Positions 13,986 through 27,250 of a DNA stretch of 64,000 nt are shown one piece after another. The notes under the pieces were generated by a model. That model did no database searches, was not told the origin of the DNA, and saw only the letters and a program-made list of their open reading frames with translations. The DNA comes from the human T2T-CHM13v2.0 reference genome, Homo sapiens: assembly GCF_009914755.1 (NCBI RefSeq), contig NC_060944.1, one strand, 5' to 3'. The position numbers and the translations under genes were made by a program. The stretch's first letter is position 1. The number at the start of each line of letters is the position of its first letter.

Positions 13986-15216
13986 ATTACCGAGCCTGAA
14001 TAACCAAGGGCTTTGAGGCCGACTATAGAAAACAATAGAGAAATTGTAGTTATAGGATCCACCAGGTAGATTTCAGAGCTGGACAAAGGTGACCAGGCGG
14101 TCAGATGGAGACCTTGGGGGAATGATCCCAGTGATGGATAGTTGAGATGCAGATCAACAACTGAGGCTGGGCATTCTACAAGTCTGAAACTAGCAAGGAT
14201 TGTGTGAAGTTTGTGGATGTTAAGAACCTTAAATTTCCTAAATATCATTTATTCTTTTTGAAACAAGATTTGCCTGTGGAAATGCTGTGACATTTTCCAA
14301 GCTGTGCTTCCCCTCTGCACCACTCATGACCTCATACTCCTTGGCGGCATTTTCCAGGTCTTGGTAACCTCCCTTGAAAAGAGAAATATAGTTCAGATTC
14401 GCAGCAGTAGTCTAAGCCACACAGCTGCTATGGGTCAGGGGAGATCAATTACATTTCCTGGGGTTCTCTTCAATGGGCGGTGGTCTTGTGCACACGGCAT
14501 TATAGATACTCATCCTTGGAACCTGGCTTGTTGAAGGTTCTCCAGAGGCAAGAGGAAGTTAAAAGATAAACTTGGCTGTGTATATCCTATTTCATAACTG
14601 CCTAAATAGTAAGCATGCTGACTGGCAAGAATTAGAACTATAATAAATGCAATTAAATTGCCTATTACTTGCATAATTGAGAACTATAAATATTTTAAAT
14701 AATAAAATTGTGAAAAATTTCTCTACTAATGCTCTGGGAATGTCTTAAATCTGTAAAGGCCAGGGGATTCATAGGGATGGCTGAATATGAAATCTTTCCA
14801 TTCATCTCTTTGAGATCAAATATTTTTCATGATTATTTCAAAAGGCTCCAAAATGGAAAAGAGTGAATATGTGAGCCGCCATGAGAAAGGAAGCCCAGAA
14901 GAGTGAGTACAGGGTAGTTTTTCTGGGAAGATGTATTTAGGAAATGGGGCAAGAGCAAAGAATAAAGAAGTGCAAAAATAGAACTAATTTGACACTGCAT
15001 ATGTGTCCTTCTCCGTTGCTGTACATCCTTTTTTGCTTCCAAAGGGCATAATTTGATGTGATTAAATAAGGCCTTCTGCTTTAATTAGGTATCTCAGTCC
15101 TTGAAAATTCTGATTAACTTTCTGTGTATGGAAGGCAGGAGATATTTAAATATGTTGAGAGAAATACAAGAGCAATAGCAAACTAATAATCTGAAGAGAG
15201 GTCCTCTTAACAGGTG

Positions 15217-15541
<325 letters not shown>

Positions 15542-15638
15542 TAAGAAGTTTTTAATACTCGTACATAAATTCAAAAGGAGAAGTGGTATTTGTTCTAATA
15601 TTTTCTATAATTCAGTTTTAATATATTGGCATATCCAA

Positions 15639-15735
15639 GTGTGTTTGTGTAGGTCTGTGTGTGTTTGTTAGAGAGAGAGAGAGAGAAAGAGAAGAAGAAG
15701 GAGGAGGAGGAGGACGAGGAGGAGGAGGAGAGAGA
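15639..15735. repeat. compound (TG)n-(GA)n-(GAG)n microsatellite
   Basis: Seen directly. Confidence 0.85.
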
Positions 15736-15754
15736 TTGTATTATTCAATTACAG

Positions 15755-16190
15755 CAGACACTGTTAGTTTTCTGTGTAATACCCACTTTTACTTCTTTGT
15801 TAACAATGAAATCTCAATTTTATTTGGGATGGAAATGTACCCAGGTGTGAAAAAACACATATTTTCCAGACTCCTTTGCAGCTAGGTGTCATTGTGTGTC
15901 ATGGTTCTGGGCCATGCGGTCTAAGTGGAAGTTTTCTGGAGATTTTATAAAAATTTTTGTCTCTTAATATGAGCAGTTGCCCTGATTTCTTGTCCTTTCA
16001 TTCATCTTCTTGCTTGGAACTTAGCCCATGAGATTGCAGATGGAGACTATTACAATGAAAGGCCCATCCTAAGGATGGCAGACAGAAATAAGAGCAAGTC
16101 CAGGGCATTAATGAATTTGTAGAACTATGTCTTCAACCGTTATGGGAGAAAATAAATTCATATTTGTTTAAGCCACTCATGTTAACTATA
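15755..16190 (+). mobile_element. MLT1-family MaLR LTR
   Basis: TTCCAGACTCCTTTGCAGCTAGG...; GAGAAAATAAATTCATATTTGTTTAAGCCACT. Confidence 0.7.
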
Positions 16191-17139
16191 ATGGTGCCTA
16201 CAAGGGAATGTATAAAGCAATAGAGCAAGAGGAGTATCAGCAATTTTCATTCATTAAAGATCTACTTCCAGGACTCAAATAGGCATGTCTTATATTTGAT
16301 GCCTATTTTGGTGGACATAGCCATTTTGAAATTTACAGAGATCCAACCCATGCTACAATACAATATTTCCATCTTTATAGTGCTTGAGAGTACATAGATG
16401 GGCTGTAGACAACTAATATGTCTGCATACACTGTATTCACTTTTGGAATAATTCTAGTTTTTTTGTTTTTACTGAGTAGGGACATCTTGATAGAAATTTA
16501 TTAACAGGATTTTGATTTTATGTAAAATGCATTTAACTTATTTTTTATTTGCTGTTTTCTCAATATCTTATATATTTAGTATTCTATGTTATATTTTAAG
16601 GGAATCTTATTGGCACAATTGTTTTTAATGCTACTGTGTATAAAAAAGAACACATTTTAGAAGCAAATTGTAATTAGTAAACCAACCAATGTTAAATGTT
16701 TAAGAAACTGTACCAGGGAAGAGGACATAGTACAATTACAGTAGTACTGACAATTACGGTAGGACCACACATGTGGATGCCAATTTATATTTTTACCCAC
16801 TGCAACCTCTGGGCCAAGAGGTGAAGTTAAAAACCAGTCTCTGGCTGTTTCAGAGAGTTACTACTCCACCTGCTTGTAAAATTCTGTCTCTTTGAGGTTT
16901 TTGCCATTGAACTACCTCCCCTGTTATCTACCCACTTCTGCACACTAACTTTCACTGACCAAAGACTTTCACTTAAACCCACAGTCTTCCTTTCTCTCTA
17001 TTCCAGGCCTTGCTGTCCTCCTGGGTTATTTCTGTTTTCATGTGTGCAACCCATTCAGTAGCATTGACTCTCATTTGTGGGATATCATATCGTTCCATCC
17101 ATAAAGAGTTCAGAATCCACCTCCAAAAGATAGAAACTC

Positions 17140-17596
17140 CATGAAGAAATAGCCAAAAAGTAGCAAGAGTCTAAATATCTATCAGCAAAATGTAGTATAT
17201 TTATACAATGGAATATTATTCAGTCATAAAAATGAAGTACTGATACGTGCTACAATATGAGTGAACCTTAAAAACGTTATGCTAGGAGAAAGAAGCCAGA
17301 TACAAAATACCACATAGTGTATGATTACATTTATATAAAATGTCCAAAATAGGCAAATCCATACACACAGAATGTGTATTAGTGGTTGTCAGAGGATAAG
17401 GGCAGGGGGTAATGAGGAGCGACTGCTAATGGGTATGGGGTTTCTTTTTGTAGTCAAAAGTGTTATGGAATTAGGCAGAGGTGGTGGTGGTTGCACAATT
17501 TTGTGAATATACAAAAAAAAAAAACCACACTGAATTTTACACTTTAAAATGATTAATATTATCTTATCTTATGTGAATTTCATCTCAATGAAAAAG
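17140..17596 (+). mobile_element. L1MB/L1MC 3' end
   Basis: ACAATGGAATATTATTCAG...GAAAGAAGCCAGATACAAAA...ATAGGCAAATCCATA...CTGCTAATGGGTATGGGGTTTC...GTGAATTTCATCTCAAT. Confidence 0.9.
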
Positions 17597-17899
17597 GAGA
17601 TTGAGCCAGTTATGTTGCTAAGTTTGGAGGAGGTCAAAGCAAATAAGGTCTTCTCTTTACCCTCAAATAACTCATACTGCGCAGAGGGGACTTCCAATGG
17701 GCCCAGCACCGTGGTGTGGCCCAGCCTCCAGGAGCAATAGGATTTCCTCTCAGATGAGGATCTGTGTAGGATCAAGGCAGAAATCTCTACTGAAGTCTGT
17801 TTGTGTCACACACTTGTGCATGCCTGCCTTGGAGTCTGAGCTCTAGCTTTGTCCCAGTCTTGTCGCCTTCTCCACCATGGGGACTTTGCACTTGTACTC

Positions 17900-18280
17900 C
17901 TTTCTGTGGGAATCCTGTTTCTTTACTCCTCCTGTCTCGTTAATTCCTCCCACCTTGCAGATTTTAGCTCACGTGCCATTGCCCCAGAGAAATCTTCCTA
18001 CCCCGACCTTCATAGTCAGGTTCAATCACCAACTGTCCATTCTCTTGCTCTCTTGAAATTCTCCTTTGCAACAGCTTTTACCAGTTTCCCACAGCTGTAA
18101 TTCTTTCACTCAGTTGTCTTTTCCTGCCAGATTTTGAAGTTGTTGAGGGTAGGTACTCTTCAAAACAGCAGGCAAAGGTAGTACTCAGCCCACTTTTGCT
18201 CACCAACATAACTTCAGCGCTTCTTAGTGTCTGACACGCAGTAAGGACTCAGTGAGGACATGATGATCAGCTGAGTGAGT
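17900..18280 (+). mobile_element. L2 3' fragment
   Basis: GTTGAGGGTAGG...AGTGTCTGACACGCAGTAAGGACTCAGT. Confidence 0.55.
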
Positions 18281-19329
18281 GTCTGCTACTGTCTACCCAG
18301 CTACCCAAAGACATACGCCGTTAGGGACTTCCGAGAGGAGAGGTTTTTCCCCTCTGGCCTTGACAGGTCCTTTCACTGCCACATCCTTTCTCCTCTAAGT
18401 TGCCATCATTTGATCATCTTATCCTCACAGGAACCCAGTGAGGTAGTTTGATGCCGTTGTCATTTACATTTGAATCACCTGCAATGCAAAGTGAGGATAG
18501 GATGACTAAATGATTACCGTGCTCAGGGAAAGTGTCCAGCATTATTTTATTGGGCTGTTAGGTCATGTCCAGTTTGCTCACTCGAATACTTCATCATATT
18601 CTGCTGCCAGGCCTATAAATGTCAAATAGTAACAACCCTTGACCTCCTGGCCCAAAGCTAAGCATGTTACCAGATGAGCCTCACTGACCTTCTTTAATAT
18701 GAGAATCTTTAATATGGATTAATCATATTATAATTATGTATTTGTTCTTTTTATTAGAGTCCTTGGGGAATGTCTTTTACCGAAGAAATGTTATCTTACA
18801 GGGTAATAAGACCAAATGGGCTTTTATTTTTTAATTAAAAGAAGATGAAAAGTTCTGCTTAAAATACTTTTAAAATGCCTTCATCTTGAAGGTAAATGGC
18901 AGACATGTATCATTTTGCACTTATATAAACTTTACTAGGCTGGGCAATTGAACTCCAAAATGAGGCTGATAGCTAATAGAACATTTGTGGAGGAGACAAA
19001 CAAATTGTCCAGAATAAACAAAGCTTATGTTTATTTTTAATTGATAGCAGCTGAGCACAGGGAGGTGTCATTAGCTCAAGGCACAGATCAAACTCATTAA
19101 GTACCCTGGCCCTCTTATAAATCATGCGACGTGTCGAGTCTTGAATTAAACCAAACAAGAGAATGGTTCAGAATTCTTCCCTTGTACCAGCAGAAGCATG
19201 GTTGGCACAAAGACCCTTGGAGAAAGATTGAGCAAGGCTGTTCCCCTTAGTAACTTCTGAGCCTACGCAGTGATCAACATAGGTGATTTGCCTGTTCGGA
19301 GACCAAGAATTGGAGCCAAGTGACTGGTT

Positions 19330-19780
19330 CCGAGTCCTAGCTCCTGCACTCCCCTGCCATGCGCAGCACCTGCTATCGGTACCTTCCCGTTGCCCTTCAG
19401 CCTACTCAGGGTGTTACTACCCGGCTTTTTCACTTGCTGGAGACTTCCTGCAACTCAGGCCTAGAGGTGTTCTCTTGCTGGGAGGTTGTGCTTTGTTCAG
19501 TTACAGGCGAGCCAGAAATGCAGAGTTAGCCAGCTAGGGATGGGAGTTGGTGGGTAAACACCCTTGCTAAATCACCCCTCAATGGAAAAGTTGTGTTCTA
19601 CAGAGTTCCTCAGAGCACCCCCAACAGGATGGAGCACCAGCAGCCACAGTGGTAACCTGTTCACTAGTGTACACTCTCACTTTTCTTCTTCACAGTGCTT
19701 TCTGTAATTGCCTCCCAAATAAGATACTTTTTCCAAAATCCTAGTCTCAATGTCTGGTTTTGGGGATCCCAACTTGAGAA
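19330..19780 (+). mobile_element. LTR16-family ERVL LTR
   Basis: 3' end CCTCCCAAATAAGATAC...AATCCTAGTCTCAATGTCTGGTTTTGGGGATCCCAAC. Confidence 0.7.
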
Positions 19781-19837
19781 GCTCTATAACTGTTCCTTTT
19801 ATTCCTAGGACAGTGTTAAGGAGGCTAGAGGTGGGTA

Positions 19838-20070
19838 GAGAGGCAGCCTAGCACGGTGCTTAAGAGGACATGCTCTAGAGGTGGACTCGCTGGCCACATC
19901 CTGACTGCCACTCACTAGGCACCCAGCCTCTCTGTGCCTCAGTTTCCTCATCCACAAAATGGGGTCAGTGATAATAAGAGTACCTATTTGATGGGCTTGT
20001 TTTGAGAATTAAATGAATACTAAATTTATACTTTTGAAACACTGCCTATCACATAATAAGTGCTCAATAA
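19838..20070 (+). mobile_element. MIR
   Basis: CCTCTCTGTGCCTCAGTTTCCTCATCCACAAAATGGGG core; AAGTGCTCAATAA end. Confidence 0.9.
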
Positions 20071-20088
20071 GGTCAGGTGTAGTTACTA

Positions 20089-20226
20089 GAATCACAGAAC
20101 ATCAGACTGGGGAAGAAGTTTACAGATTAGCTAGTGCAACCTCTTCATTTTCCATGTGAGGCAACTGAGGATCAAAGAGACATGGAGTGATTTCCTCAGG
20201 GTCACACAGCTCATCAGTGACAGCAA
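20089..20226 (-). mobile_element. MIR3/MIR fragment, tail-to-tail with the previous MIR
   Basis: GAATCACAGAA...CATTTTCCATGTGAGGCAACTGAGG...GGTCACACAGCT. Confidence 0.8.
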
Positions 20227-21815
20227 CACCCCAAAGTCTCTCAGCGCAGTGTCCTCCATGCTGCGAAATCAGCTTCAGGACAGTCCTACTTCCAAATACT
20301 CTGTTAACAAACAGAACTCGGTGTGGTCATTTCAATTTGCTGGGCTTTTTTTCTTAATTTAGGCAATGCAAGGCAGGAATGTGCAGGCATTATGTAAGAT
20401 TTTGAGGAGTCCATGAATTTAAAACCAGAAGTTTTTTAAGGGGAATAAAATAAAAATCAACTTCACAATGCCATAGGCAGAATGTCCTCTTGAAGAATCT
20501 AAGATTTAGACACAAATACTGTCTTCTGCAGAGTCCTTTACAAACTTCTGCTTAACCTCCTGGCATCAACGGATGACAGGTTCTGGCTGTGCAGAGTGGA
20601 AGTCCCTTAGAGTATTTGACAGCATTTATCTGATAACAGCTCCCAGCCTTGGTAGTATTCACTTGTTTATGGAGGTTTGTACAAGACAGAATAAAATAAA
20701 AATGCATGTTTCTATACCAGCCCTTTGCTTTTTAAAGTCTTTTTTATCTACGGTTCCATGCAAAGTCACATGTTCTCTTCTTCCTTTTGATCTTAAATGA
20801 GGAAGGGGCAAAGTGTGTGAAGATTCCAGAAGAAGTGAATCGGAGCAAAGTCCTCACTAAATGAAAGCTTCGTCTTCCATTCAGCCGCTGAGATCAGTGG
20901 AATAAAACCACATTAGAGATGATCCCCCTGGCCCTTAGCCTCCAGAGAGGGCATCTTTCAGTGACAGTGAATGTGCTGCTATATAAATACACAAAGCATT
21001 GTGGAAAGGAAAGAGCTCTGTGGTATGGAGACTTGTCAATATTTGTCCGAAAGTCATGTTTCTATTATCTTCAAGTATGTCTGGCAAAGGAAATCTGGAG
21101 GGAATCTTTTAAGAGGTAAAACACGTTGATTTGTGAAAATGGGATCATTTTATCTCTTCTGCTTCAAGGTAAGCTCTTTGGTTTCACAGTAACTAGTTGC
21201 CACCAGATCAAGTTGGGGAATATTTATTCTTTTGCTTCAATTCCTAAAAGATTGATATTAATGCATTAAGCCTCTTTTTTTCTTTATACTTTCTTCTTTT
21301 CTGCAACTGATAATTAAAGCTATAAGAAAGTTAAATTACTATTATTATTATTAGAAAGCTCCCATGCTAGCCAGTTCTGGTTGGATATAGGTCAGCTGTG
21401 TACAAATGGACACACTGTGAGGCTTTGTGCAATAATATAACCACTACTTGAGACCAAATGATGGGTGATACATATCCTAAACCTCTCCCTCATCATTTTT
21501 ATGGTTAAATTACAATGATTGAGCATCAAGCTTGCCTAAGATTTGACTACTCTACTTCTTTGCCTTATTTTCTGTATATTAAGTTGAAGGGAAGGTTTTT
21601 ACTTTGCAATTTATTTTTCCTCTTGAATAGTGATTATGTGAAGTTCTAAGCATCACAATGCTGCAGTGTATAATTCTTCAAAGCAGGAGAATCAGAGTGT
21701 AGCAATGGAATGCAGAAAAAAGCAATACGAGAAAGGATTATTTGTTTGCATCTGTAAGAGGATAAAGATGGTTTGAACATTTGCTTCATATGGCACTGAT
21801 ATGAGCATACTTACC

Positions 21816-22170
21816 TCATTTGAGGTGAGGTTTCCCCAGAAGCAGACAGTGAGACCAGTGAATGCATGTAGTTGATTTTGGAGGTGATGCTAGGATGCAC
21901 TGATAGGAAAATGAGGAAGTGATCATGAGAATGGCAGGATCCGATACAGTTGCATTATTAAACAAGTTCCTAGAGGAGGGCTCCATCCCCTTGGGATTCT
22001 TCTGATGGACTGCATGAGCACATCTAGAATTGTCCCTCTTGATATCCATCACCTTTCTTCCATCACCCATACACAGCCAGAGAGTCACAGGGGCTTGCAA
22101 TGAGAAGGCACTGATGTACATGGGAACAGTGAGCTTTGAGGGGCCACGGGTGAAACATCAACAGCGTGTG
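21816..22170 (-). mobile_element. LTR16A-like ERVL LTR
   Basis: GGTTTCCCCAGAAGCAGACAGTGAGAC...GTAGTTGATTTTGGAGGTGATG. Confidence 0.75.
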
Positions 22171-22926
22171 TTAAGCTAGAATGATAACTGGCTGGTTGAA
22201 CTAAGTAAACAAATCCAAGTGCAACCTTGGAACCTGGGATATTAAACTGGCTGCCAACATTGGGCCTACCTGTTTTCTGTCTTGGTCTGGATTTATTCCT
22301 CGTTTCCTTTTATTTCTTTTTCTTTAAAAAAAATCTTTTTTCCTTCTAGTTTCTCTATAAGATTTTTTGAGAATGCGTAGATATACATGATGGAGGAATA
22401 ATAAAAACACTTTAAAGCAATAGATGATTCTTACCAAACTTACATGGATAAATGTAATAGGAGAAACAATTTCAGCTGAATAAAAGCCTTACTCCACCAC
22501 TCTCCAAACCCCAGAACTGTTGTACAGTTAGCTTTTTAGTACTTATGACTATCTAATGGATCTTGACAAAGAGAAATATACCATAGCATTGCATTAATTT
22601 TTGAGCAGATAGTATATTTTGTAATTAGATTTAAAAAACCAATCATGTCTTTTGTTGTTAATGGGTTACCTTCCTTCGGTATATTTGATGAATATCATCT
22701 CTCATGGCTGCTCCTGAGTCAGTCTCTTCAGCAACCTGTTCCTCCTTTGTTACTTTGTTTCTGCTCACAACTTTCAGCTCCATCAACAGTCATCAAGTCC
22801 ATTTGGCAAATATTGTTAGCCTCTGGTAGTGGCGACAATACATAGAGGTGAAAATATTCTACTGATATACCACTGTCATATTAAACTCTATGTTGCAATA
22901 CAAGCAATTCTCAGACTGAATTCTGT

Positions 22927-22946
22927 CACACACACACACACACACA
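22927..22946. repeat. (CA)10 microsatellite
   Basis: Seen directly. Confidence 0.95.
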
Positions 22947-23418
22947 AAGCATCAATGAGGAAGTAGCCACAAAATAGTCATCCAGTCTTATCCTGTAAAC
23001 TTAGTGATGTTCCTCCATCTGCAAGCACGCTTGCAGGAAAACCAACACGCCTTGCAGGAAAAGTTCATTTTGAGTTGCCAAACCTCTAGGCAAACCAGGC
23101 TGTGAAGTCACCCATTCAACATATGATCATGAGACCAGACAGAGCTCTGGACCTCGGCTTGGCTCCCAAGATCTTATTGCCAGAGGCTCTAGATTCTCAT
23201 ATATCTCGTGCAAGAGCAATGGTGCCGTACAATCTTTTTAGGCAACAACATATCTTGAACACCAATCGTTTCACCAATTGAGGCATATTTCTAATATATC
23301 GTTTGCTTGTTAGCTAAACTTATGCTATTCAATAATAATAGTGGATGATGTAGTCATCTTTGGAGGGTGAGTACCTGATTAGAATATTACATGTTAATTA
23401 ATTGCCACCAGGATATGT

Positions 23419-23422
<4 letters not shown>

Positions 23423-23465
<43 letters not shown>
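23423..23465. repeat. (AC)21 microsatellite followed by short (GA)n
   Basis: Seen directly. Confidence 0.97.
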
Positions 23466-23467
<2 letters not shown>

Positions 23468-26400
23468 GCTGAGAGAGAGAGAAAGAGATTTTTAAGCTAC
23501 CAAGACAGAAATTCTTTAGAAATCATGATTTACCTTTCCTGTCAAAATAATTTGAAATTTCCTATTGTTAATCTGAAGTTTCAGTAAAGAGAATTTTATT
23601 ATTCTTCACATATAGTATTTCTGCTTTTACTGAAATGGCTTGCTTTAGGAATTTGCCAGAACAGATTTTATCTGCCAATGGGAAAAAAAAAATTAGATGT
23701 TGAAAGTCCTGTTTGTTATCCCGTCATCAAATTCCTCTTTTCAGGTAAATTTTGAAAGGTTGCATCCTGCCAGAGAGATTTTACTGAATTTTCTCATCTG
23801 TCTTTGAAAGCTATACTTTATCCTACAGATAAAACTATGATTGCATGGATTTGAACAAGTCTTATAGAATCCCTTACATATAATGTTTAGCCTAATAAGA
23901 TTGGTATTGGAATTGTCCCCAAATTATTTAGCTAGTACATAATGCTATATCTATAAATTGTGATAATTTTATGTTTTGGCTACAGTTGAGTTTTAGACTC
24001 TGTATGCAGCTGGGGAAAAAGTATGACCTACTGGGAAGCATCAGTGTTTTCTTGCAAGCTCATTCTTCATTTTCCAACCCATAATCCCCCTCTGCTACTC
24101 AAGGAAGCTGAAGCCCAGGATTAATCCATCGGTGTCCAAAGGCCTGCAGGAGGTCAGGCGCAGATGGTTTAATCCTTGGTGCTGCTTGGAATCATGGGAG
24201 TGGGTGTTGGATGGAAGTGCCTCTGATCTAGCTCTTGCTGTGGGTGTCTTGCACCTCTTGACACACCTGTGGCTGCCTGGAGGTTGTCAGCACCACCCAC
24301 CACTCTCCTCCCTGCCTTCTCCGTTGTTTAGAATTCTTGCTATCTAGTGGGTGACAAAGAATGTCTGAAAAGTTCAGTTGCTAAATGGATCAAAATTAGT
24401 TTCTCACTAGTTCTCCAAAAGGTGCAAGTGCTGTTGGAAAAAGAGCTGTAAACAATATTAGTTGTTGCTGCCAGTTGGAGCCTCATAACACCTTATAATT
24501 TTATTTCTGTTAATGAGACACATGAGGATCTGTGGAGTTCAGTGGGATATAATTTTGCATATGCATTATTAAAAAAAAGAAAAAGAAAAGCTGACATAAG
24601 GGAGATAAAAGATCAAGAAGCGAAGAATTTCCAGCTCATTTAATAGAGACATTGAATACCCTTATGCATTGCCTTTTGACTATGCCATCTCTTGTCAAGC
24701 AATTATAAATACTTGTAACTAAAACATTAAAGCATAGAGGTTAACTAAACAAAGCATCAGCACATTGCAGGCTAAAGAAAACCCTTGTTTAAAGTGATTT
24801 CCATTTTGATTAATTTATCCAGATAAACCATCAATTTCCCAAAGTTGGAGACTCCGTAGATCCAGACTTTGTTTTCTACGTGAAAACTGACAGTTCTCTG
24901 GAACTGTAGCAGAGAATATGGTACCATTTAAATTATTGAGACTGTAGGGCAAAATTTCAGGCCTCTTAAAGCCAGAAAAATGGCCCCAGTGAGCTCTCTC
25001 ATGATCAGTTCATTCTTCTGGGAATCTCAGGAATTACTATGTCTAATGACTTTGCCAGTGGGTCTGGCCTGTGTAATTAAGATCTAAATATATCTCTATG
25101 TTCATTCTATAACTAAATTTCTTATCTGGACAAATGACCCATTTATGAAAGCTCATAAAATATCATAGGGAGTCATTACATACTTAAAAATCTCTCTAAT
25201 AAAATGTGCCCAAAGATGGTCATATCTGCATTGCTAATAATTTTCCAAAAATATGCCTTACCATAAGTAACTAGAAAATACTGCATATTATCATTCAAGA
25301 GAAGAAAAGTAGAATAAAGATCCATTAGTATTAAAAAAGTATCTTTCCTTGCTTTAATTTAGCGAAAATACTTGCATTTTTCTTCTGCTCTTTCAATTCC
25401 TGGATGTGCTAGCACAGCCACCATCACATCAACATAATCTTGCAAGCTTGTGCATTCACTGCAGAAGGCAAAATGTCATGGCATTTCTTTATGAAAATAT
25501 AAAACTTTTTTTTTTGACGGGGCAAGTTTCGCTTCACATCAAAGGTAAATGAGAATCAAGGTTGAAATTGCAGGCACTTCAGAATTCTGAATGGAATACT
25601 GGAGTGACCAGACTAAAGGAAATACACCATATGTAAAGGAAACATTAACTCTGGTATTTTATTCCCCCTTAGTAATTTCCGAAGTTATTGATTAGTAGCT
25701 CTAATCTTATGAAAATGGTTCATTGTGTCTCATTAAGGATGACTTCATCTTACCAAATCATAACAAGGAAGGAGTGGAGGTAGAGATAGTAGAGGAGGAC
25801 GAAGGAAGGAAGACTTCCCCTCAGTTAGAAACTACACAAGGGAGAAAAGTTATATGTGATTGGGGAGTGTTATTTAATGTTTACTGAGAGTTCCAAGAAT
25901 CTTTAGTGGGATTTTAAAAAAATTGTAAGTTATCTGGTGATTTATGGTTCAACCTGAAGGCAGGAGACAAAATTCATATGTTTGTGGGATTTTTTAAAGT
26001 TCATAATGGTCTATGCCTTCTAATAATGACAAAATTCTTGGAAGCCTCTCAGATCACTGAATCATAGTCTTTAGAGGTAGTTCTCAGAAATCACTCTATA
26101 CAGCTCTCAACCTAAGAAGAGCCATTTGCAATTCTGACAAGAAACGATACCTTAGCTTTTGTCTTAGCTCACACAGAAAAGCACCTGACCAATTGACTTC
26201 CTCACCAGGTAGCATGCCCATGCTATTATATATGTATATATGTTAACGTACATGTGGTTTATATCATCCAAGTAACCGAAGTCAAATGGTCATTTAATAT
26301 AGAATTGGAGGCACCATAGAGCAGCTGAGTCAAGCCTAAACTGAGGTTATATATATCATTAGATTTTTTTAAGTACAAAAGACTAAAAGTGCATTTCTTT

Positions 26401-26529
26401 CACTTTTACTGCCACTTGGAGTTAAGTTTCCTGTAATTTGCAGCATAGGACACTTTACTGATATAAGGGTCACCATCAGTACAGGGATCAGAATTGTGAA
26501 AGTTCTTAGTTTGAAGAATCAGTAGTCTA

Positions 26530-26702
26530 AAACTCTTGCTACTCAGACTGTAATCCCAAGACTGTCAGTATTGGTATCATCTGGGAGCATGTTAATCATA
26601 CAGAATCTCAGACCCCAACCCAGACTCACTGAATTAGAATTTTCATTTTAACCAGATCCTCTGGTGGCTTGTCTGCACATTTATGTTTGATAATTATTCT
26701 GG
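26530..26702. mobile_element. MER5A-type hAT MITE
   Basis: ATCATCTGGGAGCATGTT...CAGAATCTCAGACCCCAACCCAGAC...CATTTTAACCAGATCC. Confidence 0.8.
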
Positions 26703-27089
26703 CTCCAATTTTTGGAATATATTGACTGTGGTCTAAGCTGTAGACGTGTCATGGACAGGTAGAAACCGATAAAATTGCCCCACTAGGAAACAATTGAGTC
26801 TGTGATAATGACACTTTATGTGAACAGAAGGACGCATGTGCTTATCAGGATGAGAGGAGTTAGGTATTTAAAAAGGGCAGTATTGTTACAAGGTACAAGT
26901 ATAGAGCACACGCTTCATCATCCAGCCTCTTCCTGGTTATCCTTAACCTCTGTGTAGCTTTTGAAGATCTGCCACTTCAGGTATCCGTATACGTGAAAAT
27001 AATAATGCCCTACTCCTTGCCTTCCCAAGGTTGGAATTAATGCAATGATATCATGAAAGTAGAGCCTGAAGTAGAATTATTTTCTATTT

Positions 27090-27250
27090 ACTTGCTTCTA
27101 AATATGTCCACAGATCAGTAACATTAGCATCACCTGGGACCCTGTTAGAAACATAATTTCAGCCTGCCCCAGAGAAACGGAATCAGAATTTGCATTTTAG
27201 CAATATGCCTAAATGATTGGATACACATTGGCTTTTGACAAGTGCTGGTC
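27090..27250. mobile_element. MER5A-type hAT MITE
   Basis: GCATCACCTGGGACCCTGTTAGAAA...GAATCAGAATTTGCATTTTAGCAA. Confidence 0.8.

Noticed and set aside
15659-15885. Acidic and Gly-rich ORFs
   Set aside because: Translation of the (GA)n/(GAG)n microsatellite.
22927-23470. Two (CA)n tracts both followed by AAAGC
   Set aside because: No other flanking similarity; probably coincidence.
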